The notes beneath the pieces were generated by a model. That model did no database searches, had not been told where the DNA came from, and saw only the letters and a list, made by a program, of their open reading frames with translations. The translations under genes and the position numbers were made by a program. A stretch of DNA of 64,000 nt from Priapulus caudatus (lineage: Eukaryota): contig NW_014577066.1 in assembly GCF_000485595.1 (NCBI RefSeq), forward strand, positions 673,302-737,301, read 5' to 3'. Shown here one piece after another: positions 52,401 through 64,000 of the stretch (its first letter is position 1; each line of letters opens with the position of its first letter).

Positions 52401-55400
52401 ACGATGGATGTTATCAATAGAAATCTAATACTAGGTAACTCCTCTTTATTTTAAATGCTTCTATATCTGCAAATATACGATTTCTCGTCGGAAGATAATT
52501 GGCGCATGCGCTGCGCGCACCGTGTTAGGCGCTGCAGTGGCGTCTGAAGGAACTTCAATAATTATAGCTGCTGCGGGGAGATGGGGATTGGGAGATCTGA
52601 GGAAGGCGGCAGGAAAATACTGGGGGCGTAGAAGAAGAGGAGGCGACGCGATGGACAGGGGAGGGCAGGGGTAAGGGCACGCGAGGGCATAAAGTAGGTG
52701 TTTTGTACTGCTAATGCTAGGGCGCTCTGCCTAATTATAAACAAGGTTTACTGTGGATAAAGTTTATTAAGGAAATCCTAGCGGGATACCCCTAACATGT
52801 TTAAATGCATATTAATTATAATTATAACTGGGCTCTAGTGGATATTGGCCGATTGCGCTAGACCACTAACGTAGCCAGATTGTGTACTGCCCTGATAACG
52901 CAGCCTGACTCTACATGCAAGGTTTCCTCCTATTTCTTCCTTATTGCTCTTACTGATTAGATGTTATCATGAAATGCTCTTGCTGAGGATAACTCCTCTT
53001 TTATTTTAATGCATAATCTTTTGCCAATAAGAATTCGTCTCGAGATATGCGCATCGCGCCGCGCACCCAGTGTTGGGGTGCAGATGCGTCTTGAGGCAAA
53101 CTTCGTATATAGCTTGCTGTGGGGAGAGGGCGATGGCGGACGTGAGGACAGCAGCAGGGAAGATGCTGGGGGCAGCGTAGTACAGAAGCAAGGAGCGCTG
53201 AGCCGAGGGCAAGGGACGGTCAGAGATGACGCGAGGGCTTAAGTACGGGTTTTGTACCCTACTGCTAGAGCGCTCTCTATTATTAACACGGTCCGTGATA
53301 AAGTTTATTAAGGTATTGATGCGGGATATCGCCTAACAATTTTATATGTATATTCCATCACAAAATATAAATCCTCTGCGCTGAGATTATTGCGCATGCG
53401 CTACACACGTAACGGTAGCCAGATTGTGTACTGGCTTCTATACGCAGCGGGGATTTACATGCCAGGGCGTCTTCCTCGCGATTTCTTATGTGTCAACTGA
53501 TGGAATGTTGGATTATATACTCTAATGCTAGGGGATAACTCCTTTGCATTTCAACGCCTATCTGTGCCAAATGACGATTTTCTCTCTTTGAGTATTGCGT
53601 TGCGCGGCGCACCGTGTTAGGCCGTTGCAGTGCGTCCCCGTCTGAGGAAAAACTTCATAATATAGCTTGCTGCGGGGGAGAGGGGATGGGAGGCTGAGGA
53701 ACAAAGCGGCAGCGGAGAGATAGCTGGGGGGGTGAAGAGGAATGGAGGCTGAACAAGAGAAGGGAGGTAAGGCGGAAGGTCGCTGCGGGCTAAAGTAGGT
53801 GTATTGTACCCAACTGCTAGGGCGCTCTCCTAATTATAACCAGGTCTACTGATTAAAGTTTATTAGGGGAAATCTCTCTCTGATATCTATTGATTATGAG
53901 ATATCCCTACCACGATTAAATGTTATTCATCACAAATATAACTCTCTGGTGTAGGATTGCGCATGCGCTAACACAACTAAACTAGCCGATTGGTACTGGC
54001 TGGTTACGCAGGGTGGATCTTACATGCAAGGTTTCCTCTATTTCTTCAATTTAATGTCAAATAATTGGAATGTTATCATTAAATTATGGCCTAGGATAAC
54101 TACTCTTCGTTTTAATGCTATCTTTGCAAATCGATTTCTCTCGCGGAGTATTGCGCAATGCGCGCGCCACGTGGTTAGGGCGTTGCAGTGCCGTATCTGA
54201 GGAAAACTTCTAATATAGCTTTGCTGCTGGGGGGAGGATGGGAGGGACTGAGGATAAGGCGGCAGGAGGAGATAGCTGGAGGCTCGTGAAGAAGAGGACC
54301 CCTGAGCGAGGGACAGGTGCAGCGCAACGGGATAGACGCCGAAGGATACAGTTACGTGTTTTGTACCTCACTGCTGGGCCTCTCTATTTAACCCAGGCTC
54401 CGCTTGATAAAAGGTTTCTTAGAGTATCTATCGCGGAGTACCCCTAATCATGTTAAATGCGTATCATCACAAATATAAACTCTCTGGTGAGATATTGCGC
54501 ATGCGCTAACACGCCTAACATAGGCAGCGGTGTACTTTGGCTTTTAACGCCAAGCGGGGATGCTTACATGCAGGTCTTCTCGATTTCTTACTATGCTCAA
54601 CTGATGGAATGTTAATTATATAAAGTGCTATGCTAGGATAACTCTCTTCCTTTTAAAGTGCATAACTTTGCAAAATACGATGTTCTCTCGGTGAGATATT
54701 GCGCTGTGCGCGCCCGTGTTAGGCGTGCAGTGCCCGATCTGAGGCAACTTCATCATATGAGCTTGCTGCGGGAGAGAGGGGATGGGGAGACTGAGGAATG
54801 GCGGCAGGGGAAGAATAGCTGGCGGCCGTAGAAGGAAAGCACTAGGCTTGAGCGAATGGACAGGGGAGGTAAAGGTAGGCGCGAGAGCATAACCGTACGG
54901 TGTTTGTGCTACCTACATTTGCTAGGCGATTCTATTATAATACACAAGTCTGACTGATAAGTTTCTTAGGCTATTCTAAGCGGACGAGGACCCCCTAACC
55001 TATTAATGATTATTCATCACAAATTATAACTCCTTGCGTGATATTGCGCATGCCCTAACACACTAAGTAGCGATTGGTGTATGGCTCGCTATACGCAGCC
55101 CTGACCTTATGCAAGGTCTTTCATGCCTATTTCTTCAATTTATGTCTACTGTAAAAATGTTATCATAGAAATCGTATGCTAAGATAACTCCTCTTCACTT
55201 TCAAACGCATAATCTTTGCAAAATTACGATTTCTCTCGCGGAGTTATTGCTCCATGCGCGGCACCGTGTTAGGCGTGCAGTGCCCGGTCTGAGGAAAAAT
55301 TCATTAATATAGCTTGCGGGATCGAGAGGGGGATTGGGAGACTGATGGAAAGGGCGAGGGGGATAGCTGAGGGCGGTTTAGAGAGAAGGAACCTGAGCTG

Positions 55401-57410
55401 AGCGGACAGGGGAGGGACAGACGGATTAGCGGCGCGAGGGCGATAAAGTAGGTGTTTGTACACTACTGCTAGGGCGCTCTCACTATTATAAACACAGTCT
55501 CTGTTTAAAAGTGTTATTAGGGAACTCTAATCGGACGGATACCCCCTACACTCATTAAGATGCGTTATTCGATCACAAATCGTAATAAACTCTTCTCTGG
55601 TGAGATATTGCGCATGTGCCACACGACTAACGTAGGCCAGATTGTGTACTGCTGCAATTATACGCGAGCCCTGACCGTACATGGCAAGCGTCTTCCTCCT
55701 ATTTCGCTTAAATTATGTCTTTACTGATAAAGTGTTTATCATAGAATCGTTGCTAGGATACCTCCTCCTTTATTTCAAACGCGTAATCTTTGCGCAATAC
55801 GATTTCTCTCGGGCAGATATTGCGCATGCGCGCGCCCGTGTTAGGCGTGCAGTGCCGTTCTGGGAAACTTTCTAATATTATAGGCTTGCTGCGGGCCGGG
55901 AGAGGGATGGGACTGAGTAAAGCGGCTGGAAGATAGCTGGGGGCGGCTAGAAAAAGGAAGGAGGGCTGAGCGAGTACAGGGGAGGCAAGGAGTGAGGGCT
56001 AAGTAAGTGTTTTTGTACCCAAATGCTGGGCGCTCTCCCAAGTATAACACAGGTCTGCTGATAAAAGCTTTATTAGAGTATCTATGCGGAGATACCCTAT
56101 ATGTTTAATGCTATTCATCACACATTATAACTCCTCTTGTGCAGATGATTGCGCATGGCGGCGTACCACACTAACGTAACGGATTGAGTGTACTTGGCTG
56201 GTATATGCAGCGGGACCTTTACATGCAAGGTCTTTCTCCGATTCGTTCAAATGATGTCAACTGATGGAATATTATCATATAAATCTATGCTAGGATAACT
56301 CCTCTTCATTTTAAATGCATAATCTTTACAAAAGTCTATTACTTTAGATATAGTGTTTACATTACAGGTAGTAGCCCTCATTTGCACACCCTCCCAATTG
56401 CCATAAAATTTTATTTGTAGATGCCAATTAACATCAGGATATTTTCTTTGAGTTCTTAAGGCGTCTTTCAGTCGCCTTAAGAGGAAAACGTTTCATTTCT
56501 CATTTAAATGTCACATTATAACCATAAATCCAATGCTGTGATATGTTTACTTTGATGAGTCCTCACTTTAAGTTAAAATAAGCCTAAATTTGTTCGAGAC
56601 CTCCCACGATGCTTTGCAAATGAGGGTTACTATCTTTGAAAGGAAAATGGGATTCCAGTCTTCTTTTTTTTTATCTCAGACTTCAGTATCCATAAAAAGA
56701 ACCATCTTTCACTCAGTGAATGGTACGTTGTAATTCCAGTACACGTAAAAAGTGTCAAGATTAAATTTTGCTTTGAGATAAATTTAAGAGATACATAAAG
56801 ATATCATAGTTGAAGCTACCATACTTTAACACGTTAAATTCAGAATATATTGTTTGCCCCCCCCCCACCCTCAAATTGGATCAAAGCCCCTGATGGAATA
56901 CAATCAACGATATACACGAAGAACTCAAAAACGCATTATTTGAAATGGAAAGTTTTGAAAATTCATCGACCTCTATTGATCAGATGACCTATGAAAATAA
57001 AATGTAAATGATACAAACAATAGTTGATACTTGCAATTAAAATTCGCGAAAATGCACCTTTTAGAGATCAAAAATACGAAAAGTTCCTACCGTTGGACGG
57101 GGGATACCCCCCTCCCAACTCCCCCCTCGGCCGCTTCTCTCCCGCACAGGCTCTTGAACCACGGCTGGTCCCCACACACACTTTTTAAAATGAATTGCGT
57201 CTCTGGGTTGAATTGTTTTTACTGCGCTTAAATTATGTGTAACAAGGCCTCAGATTGGGTAAAAGGGGCATAATTTAACCGCGGTTGAAATAATTTATCC
57301 CCGGTTGAATTATGTGTAACACGACCTGTAATTGGGTAAAGGGCCAATAATTCTACCACGATTAATTTATTTTAACCGCGGTAAAAATAATTATTTCTGA
57401 GAACGAAGGC
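49447..57410. mobile_element. Imperfect inverted repeats of a palindromic MITE-like element split by nested insertions
   Basis: 49453-49527 (TCGTACTCAAAAATAATTATTTTTTACCACGG...GGCCCTTT) is the imperfect reverse complement of 57330-57406; no TSD identified. Confidence 0.5.
49596..56330. repeat. Second, indel-ridden copy of the 60850+ segment, including ~10 units of the 541-bp repeat
   Basis: Starts with the same CCCCAGGTTTTTCAACATGTGC as ~60849; unit starts near 50803, 51352, 51886, 52424, 52975, 53520, 54084, 54627, 55170, 55745, 56283; scattered single-base indels. Confidence 0.9.
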
Positions 57411-58222
57411 AAACCTCCCATACACGGACACATCTGACTCTATAATCTATCACCCGTTTTAAATAGGATTGGAAGATTTGCCGGAAGATTTGCCAGAAGG
57501 TTATAATTCATAAGATGAGTCATTAGGATACACATTTAAATGTGTAATATATGTATATATGTATGTTACATACATATATACATATATGTATATATATATA
57601 TGTATGTATATAACATATATGTACATACATACATACATAACATGATAACATACAATATACACATATAAACAACTACTCCTGAGTGTATGCTCATCACGGG
57701 TGTATAATTTCAACACAGTTATACATGAGTATTTTTCATTTAGCTTCATTCACTACTTCTCATGCGCGATGTAGCGCCGACAAACGACAAAGAAAAGTAT
57801 TATTTATATGAAGAATAGAGATGGTAAGAAGATTGGGCTCGCTGGGCCAACGATTCCATGGGTGTGGTGTGTCTGTATATTCGCCTATGATACGCTTAGT
57901 GTGGCATGACTGTGCATTCTCCTATATTATGCTTGGGCGCGGCGTGCCTGTATATTCGCCTATATCATGCGCTGGTGTTACGTACCTTTAGATTCTCATA
58001 ATAATCTTGGGTGTGTATATATATATATATAACATACACGCATACTCTATACATATACTCATAATATCAATCTTCCGTACGTTTGTGTGTGCGCGCACGT
58101 TTGCACGAGCGCGTTCTTTGTCGCGGTTATTCTAACGAGTTTATCTCTAGAGGAAGGCATCACCGTGCCGATATTCTGAAAGTCAAGCGAAGTTTCTTTT
58201 TTTTAATTTACAAAACTAGGAA

Positions 58223-58255
58223 TTTATTGAAATATGATAAATATATACTTTTATT
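58223..58255 (-). terminator. Two candidate AATAAA polyadenylation signals for the CEP57-like gene
   Basis: TTTATT on + strand at 58223-58228 and 58250-58255, ~1.1 kb past the stop. Confidence 0.35.
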
Positions 58256-59369
58256 TTGATGCATGAACTTGCACGCCATAACGAATGTATGTGCAGAAAC
58301 ATACACACATTTAAATCAATATCAAACTGCAAGATACATCTACGATGAAAGTCCACACATATAGGTGTCCGACGAACCATAGATGTATATTCTAATACGG
58401 TAGGATTAAACTTGCTTAGATGGCACATATATATATAGCGTTGGAATGTAAAAACGTCTAAAAACGACATTGGCTAATGAAGGATTCATCAAGCTCTCCT
58501 CCGTCTACCTTCTATTCTCTCCTATGGAAAAATTATCTGAGAAAATGTGAGGTGTAACCACGGTCAACCGTGTCGACAATTATTAAGTAGCCCCAGTTCA
58601 ATGAAGCCGACCCACACGCTGGCTTGGGCACAGGCGGTCACCGTATCGCTCCTACTCTTAAAAACAACGCATTCGATAACTAACACGTTTTTCTCTCCAC
58701 TACGCATCCCTGTGATCTCTCATCACACTGAATTTATAAAACTAATAAATGCATCCATCACTGCGAATACTTCATGGTTTCGATAAAATTCCATGCAAAA
58801 TTATCAACGTTTTTATAACACAGTGAGACTAGAAGCTTATTGCTGAATAGCAATCAAACTTGTTTGGCTAGAATATTGTAATAACAGGTTATTAGACTCT
58901 AATTTGCTGCAATGACAGTTTGTGATGTATACTGACCATCCACTAACACGACTCCCATTACTACTGCCTGAATCACTGATCCAAATGTACTATGTCAAGC
59001 TAAACGCCAATGTTGGCTATAAATCTATCTCAAATGTTATTTTATATAGATATATATCTAACGTAATTTGCTCACAAAACTGCCACATGCTATTCTTGTT
59101 CTACAACAGTTACAAACTTGAGCTAACAAAACTATTATCACACTATATTCGACCAAGTAAATGCATAAATTTGAAAGCCAGCTTCCATGGTTCAGCACGG
59201 ACACAATGATGCCAGCGGCAAACAGCGCACACAGGAACGACAGCTCAACATTGCCTCACCATACTTTCAAAATCAATGCCGCACTCGACCTCCACGCTGA
59301 TATTGCCACCCACGAACCCACTGCCGTCATCACCACCGCCATCATCATCACCATCATCACCACGGGCGC

Positions 59370-59702
59370 CTACTCCCAGCAGATATCATCGCGCGACAGA
59401 GTCGACGTTATCGTCCGCACGTTCTTAAGCAGCTCGAGGCTCTCCTGTCGCGATCGTCTACCAGAGGGCGACAGCGGGCGTTCGGCGGAATGCACGCGGG
59501 TCGTCGTCTGCGCAGTCTTGGGCCGGCTGATGCGCCGCTTGAAACCGGGCGACTCCGTTGCCGTGACGACGCGCGCTTTCCCCGCCCTGCTCTCTCGCGT
59601 GGCAGTAGAAGGTCGGGTTGTGTTGGATTGCACTCTATTGCCGACCTGAGGAATCGATGTCCTAGACGAATACACCTGATCTGCTTCGGCACACTTTTTC
59701 AC
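59370..59702 (-). CDS. CEP57: CEP57/CEP57L1-like last coding exon ending SLELLKNVRTITSTLSRDDICWE*
   Basis: Pyrimidine-rich CGTTTCAG acceptor (an in-frame alternative acceptor would start the exon at 59645), phase 0; C-terminus matches the recalled family tail LxLLKxxxxIxxxLxxDDIxWE. Upstream exons are not seen in the window. Confidence 0.82.
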   Translation of the reverse strand: MKKCAEADQVYSSRTSIPQVGNRVQSNTTRPSTATRESRAGKARVVTATESPGFKRRISRPKTAQTTTRVHSAERPLSPSGRRSRQESLELLKNVRTITSTLSRDDICWE

Positions 59703-59970
59703 CTGAAACGATTTGCGACGCAGGTAGATGGCGAGACGAGAGTCTAACAAACATATCGGGAACATCGCTAATCATGCACTAGTAGCAAACGCACTTTAAT
59801 TTGGCATAACACGGCACAGTCAGATAAATAGATCACTAGGGAATGCAACCCCCGCTTCAGACGTTAAAGCTTATGTTAGTTATGTAGGTTATTACCATGT
59901 CATTACATAGGTATGTAAGTGATTGGCAGGGAGTTATGTTAGTTAAGTGTTGTTTGCGACACGCACGCAC

Positions 59971-60115
59971 CTTCTCCAGATGCTTGCGCAACTGCGCGAT
60001 CTGGTGTCCCTTGCTGTCCATACGGTTGACGAGTCGTTCGACCGCGCTCGCTATGTCATCTCTTACGCCGGCGTCCCGCGTGTTCGACATTTGACGCTGA
60101 AGCTCCTCGTGACGT
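59971..60115 (-). CDS. CEP57: CEP57/CEP57L1 (translokin)-like protein, penultimate coding exon, microtubule-binding coiled coil
   Basis: TTTTGCAG acceptor and AAG|GTGCGT donor on - strand; RHEELQRQMSNTRDAGVRDDIASAVERLVNRMDSKGHQIAQLRKHLEK matches the recalled Cep57 MT-binding pattern (LVxRMExKxxQIxxL/VR). Confidence 0.85.
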
Positions 60116-60338
60116 CTGCAAAACACAGGAACGCTCATTGACATTACGAAAAACCTTCGCCAAAGCATGCGAACGCTCGGGAAGACTGCATCTTGCTCAA
60201 ACATTGCGTTTCAAATATAGCTATCACTCATGGCACACGAGACTTCTCTCCTCCCCGCTCTAGGTTGCAGTGAACCTGTATAAACTCGGGTTAAATGTTA
60301 GTATTAGGATTATGGTTAGGGTTAGAGTTCATTGCCCT

Positions 60339-60848
60339 TTAAAGGGATACTTTCCTCTAAAATTTGAGAGTATATTATGATAGTAGATTTATAAATAATA
60401 GCACATACCTATAAATATCTATAATTACGCATTCACGTTTGTCATAAAACAACATTGAATTTCAAAATCTTCATTTTTTGGCGCTGACATGACACCCGCG
60501 ATCGTGCTGTTTATAACATCGCGATCGCGAACGTTTATAAGATATTGCAATCCTTCTGCTCTTAAATTAATAAATACAAAACACCCTCGGTCTGTAGCCT
60601 GCAGCTGAAACGTTGCTTTGTGCAACTTTTCAGTGGGTGCGTTGCCAGTGGCGCCACCGTCTTTGTAAGCAACGGTATAGCCACAGACTAACGGATACAC
60701 AGACTGGACACTTCGTATACCCTGCTTGCTAAGCGTTTCGATGGTGCTGCCCCTGGCGAATGTAGCGGTCAACTACTCGAAATGGCCTCGGGGTTGTCTA
60801 TATTCAAGCCAGTACGGGAGATTACGGTACGCATATATTTGCTAATAA
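60339..60848. mobile_element. Possible left part of a Kolobok-like non-autonomous element, interrupted by the satellite-bearing segment
   Basis: Begins TTAA-AGGGATAC, the usual Kolobok-type end; no partner terminus in the window. Confidence 0.25.
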
Positions 60849-61254
60849 CCCCAGGTTTTTCAACATGTGCTTCGGCATAATTATAAGCCTCTTCTATAAT
60901 ATTATTATTTTGTGCTTGTCTCCACTAAACGAAAAAATAGAAAGTATGAAAAATTACTCCCGATTGACAGCCTAAACTGAATACAGGAACCGCGACCGTA
61001 TACGGCTGCTAGGTGCCCTATAGGTAGGGGATATTGAAAGTATTTGCTATAGTCTCGAGTTCCAAAATCTTGTCACTCTATATCCGATCTTACAAGCATG
61101 CAAATGAATTTAACATAGACTTGTAATATGTAAGACTAGTACGCACGCGATCGCTAGCTCTCCAGTAGCTATTGATATCTGTGGTAGATATGTACATTCG
61201 TATATATATTATATATACATATCGTATATATTACGTACTATTATTTAGGTCGCA

Positions 61255-62081
61255 CCACACGCCTCAAACAGTGCTCGCGCATGCGCACTATCTTCCGAAA
61301 AGATTATAATATTTTGCAAAAATTATGAATTTAGAATGAAGAAGGGTCAACCTAGCATATGACAAAATTCCATACGTTGACCTCAATTGAGAAATAGGAA
61401 GCAGACCTTGCATGTAAGGTCCCCGCTGCATATATACAAGTCAGTATAACCTGAATACTGCTTTAGCACATGCGCAATATCTCACCAGAGTAGTTAGATT
61501 TTGTTATTAAAATGCATTTAGTATGGTCAGAGGGTATCTCGGTAGAGGTTTCGGCAATAAATTATTATCAGTAGACCTGTGTTTATAATTAGGAAAGCGC
61601 CATAGCCTGTAGGGTGCAAAACTCCTTCATCCGCGCCCGCCCTTTCCCTTGTCTACCTTGACGCACGCTCAGCCTTTTCCTTCTTCCACCGCACCTCAGC
61701 TATCTTCCCTGCCGCCTTCCAACAGTCTCTCACCCTTCTTTCTCTTACCAGGCCGTATTTACGTACTTTCCCGTTGGATGTATTGCACGTCTGAAACGGT
61801 GCTCGCGCATGCGCAATATTTCCCGAGAATAATAATATTTTGCAAACATTATTAATTTAAAATGAAAAGAGGTTATCCTAGCATAGATCTATATCATAAA
61901 ATGTTATTAGTAGACCTCACTTCAGAAATAGGAAGCATACCTTGCATGTAAGGTAGGGGGGCCTACCCGCTGCAGATAATTCTTAATTTTCTACAGCCTC
62001 TCAACTACAGTATCTTCCCTGCCGGCAAGCTATATTATGAAGTTTGTCTCAGACGGCACTGCACGTCTAACACGGTGCGCG
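61255..62081. repeat. Diverged, inverted copies of the 541-bp unit preceding the forward array
   Basis: 62025-62081 is the near reverse complement of 62175-62231; 61270-61960 is reverse-complementary to unit sequence. Confidence 0.8.
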
Positions 62082-62089
62082 TATTATAT

Positions 62090-64000
62090 AAATCTATGCT
62101 AGGATAACTCCTCTTCATTTTAAATGCATAATCTTTGCAAAATACGATTTCTCTCGGAAGATATTGCGCATGAGCGCGCACCGTGTTAGGCGTGCAGTGC
62201 CGTCTGAGGAAAACTTCATAATATAGCTTGCTGCGGTGGAGAGGAGATGGGAGACTGCGGAAAGGCGGTAGGAAAGATAGCTGGGGGCGGTAGAAGAAGA
62301 AGGAGGCTGAGCGAGGGACAGGGGAGGCAAGGGGAAGGACGGGAGGGCATAAAGTAGGTGTTTTGTATCCTACATGCTAGGGCGCGCTCCTAATTACAAA
62401 CACAGGTCTACTGATAAAAGTTTATTAGGGAAATCTATGCTGAGATATCACATAACAATTTTAAATGTATATTCATCACAAAATATAACTCCTCTGGTGA
62501 GATATTGCGCATACGCTAACACACTAACGTAGCCAGATTGTGTACTGGCTGGTATACGCAGCGGGGACCTTACATGCGAGGTCTTCCTGCTATTCCTTAA
62601 ATCATGTCAACTGATGGGATGTTATTATATATATCTATGCTAAAATAACTCCTCTTCATTTTAATGCATAATCTTTGCAAAATACGATTTCTCTCGGGAG
62701 ATATTGCGCATGCGCGCGCACAGTGTTAGGCGTGCAGTGCCGTCTGAAGAAAACTTTATAATATAGCTTGCTGCGGGGCAGAGAGGATGGGAGACTGAGG
62801 AAAGGCGGCAGGGCAGACAGCTGGTTTTTTTAGAAGAAGTATGATGCTGAGCGAGGGACAGGGGAGGCAAGGGGAAAGACGCGAGGGCATAAAGTAGGTC
62901 TTTTGTACCCTACATGCTAGGGCGCTCGCCTAATTATAAACACAGGTCTACTGATAAATGTTTATTAGGGAAAATCTGTGCTGAGATATCCCCTAACCAT
63001 TTTAAATGTATATTCATCACAAAATATAACTCCTCTGGTGAGATATTGCGCATGCGCTAACACACTAACATAGCCAGATTGTGTACTGGCTTCTATACGC
63101 AGCGGGGATCTTACATGCAAGTCCTTCTACGATTTCTTAAATAATGTCTACAGATGGAATGTTATCATAGAAATCTATACTAGGATAACTCCTCTTTATT
63201 TTAAATGCATAATATTTGCAAAATACGATTTCTCTCGGAAGATATTGCGCATGCGCGCGCACCGTGTTAGGCGTGCAGTGGCGTCTGAGGAAAACTTCAT
63301 AATATAGCTTGCTGCGGGGGAGAGGGGATGGGAGACTGAGGAAAGGCGGCAGGAAAAATAGCTGGGGGCGCTAGAAGAAGAAGGAGGCTGAGCGATGGAC
63401 AGGGGAGGCAAGGGTAAGGACGCGAGGGCATAAAGTAGGTGTTTTGTACCCTACATGCTAGGGCGCTCTCCTAATTATAAACACAGGTCTACTGATAAAA
63501 GTTTATTAGGAAAATCTAAGCGGAGATACCCCCTAACCATATTAAATGCATATTAATTATAAATTATAACTCCTCTAGTGAGATATTGCGCATGCGCTAA
63601 CACACTAACGTAGCCAGATTGTGTACTGGCTGCTATACGCAGCCCTGACCTTACATGCAAGGTCTTCCTCCTATTTCTTAAATTATGTCTACTGATAGAA
63701 TGTTATCATAGAAATCTATGCTAGGATAACTCCTCTTTATTTTAAATGCATAATCTTTGCAAAATAAGAATTCTCTCGGGAGATATTGCGCATGCGCGCG
63801 CACCGTGTTGGGCGTGCAGTGCCGTCTGAGGCAAACTTCGTAATATAGCTTGCTGTGGGGGAGAGGGGATGGGAGACTGAGGAAAGGCAGCAGGGGAGAT
63901 AGCTGGGGGCGGTAGAAGAAGAAGGAGGCTGAGCGAGGGACAAGGGAGGCAAGAAGATAGACGCGAGGGCATAAAGTACGGGTTTTGTACCCTACATGCT
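62090..64000. repeat. ~541-bp tandem repeat (satellite), ~3.5 clean units, runs off the window end
   Basis: Unit starts near 62090, 62631, 63172, 63712; recurring ORF-track peptides are offset by 540-541 bp. Confidence 0.95.

Noticed and set aside
62115..63972. Repeated ~70-aa MPPLSLAQ... ORFs as a tandem gene family
   Set aside because: By-products of the 541-bp repeat; non-ATG starts, substitutions mostly change amino acids, no exon structure.
1..64000. tRNA, rRNA or snRNA genes
   Set aside because: No cloverleaf with A/B boxes or recognisable rRNA/snRNA sequence seen by eye; tRNAscan-SE/Infernal would be decisive.

Overview
Eukaryotic (animal, probably bilaterian invertebrate) draft-genome DNA, rich in microsatellites. 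The main feature is a multi-exon + strand gene for an ARHGAP20/TAGAP-family PH-RA-RhoGAP protein. It has two candidate alternative first coding exons (2879-3241 and 32309-32599), 15 further exons between 36899 and the stop at 46930, and about 1455 aa from the distal ATG if one apparently missing base near 42012 is restored. The last two coding exons of a CEP57/CEP57L1-like gene lie tail-to-tail on the - strand (59370-60115). Non-coding DNA carries an intact hAT/Charlie MITE with an 8-bp TSD (recalled as close to mammalian Charlie4z), a Mutator-like foldback element, a tiny hairpin element sitting in (TA)n tracts, and a ~541-bp dimeric satellite present twice, once inside nested inverted repeats. 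Several stretches look like uncorrected long-read gap fill (3420-6015, 49700-56240, noisy microsatellites). I see no evidence for a new multi-gene system; the best leads are mobile-DNA and gene-family observations. Family assignments come from remembered protein and repeat sequences, not from searches.
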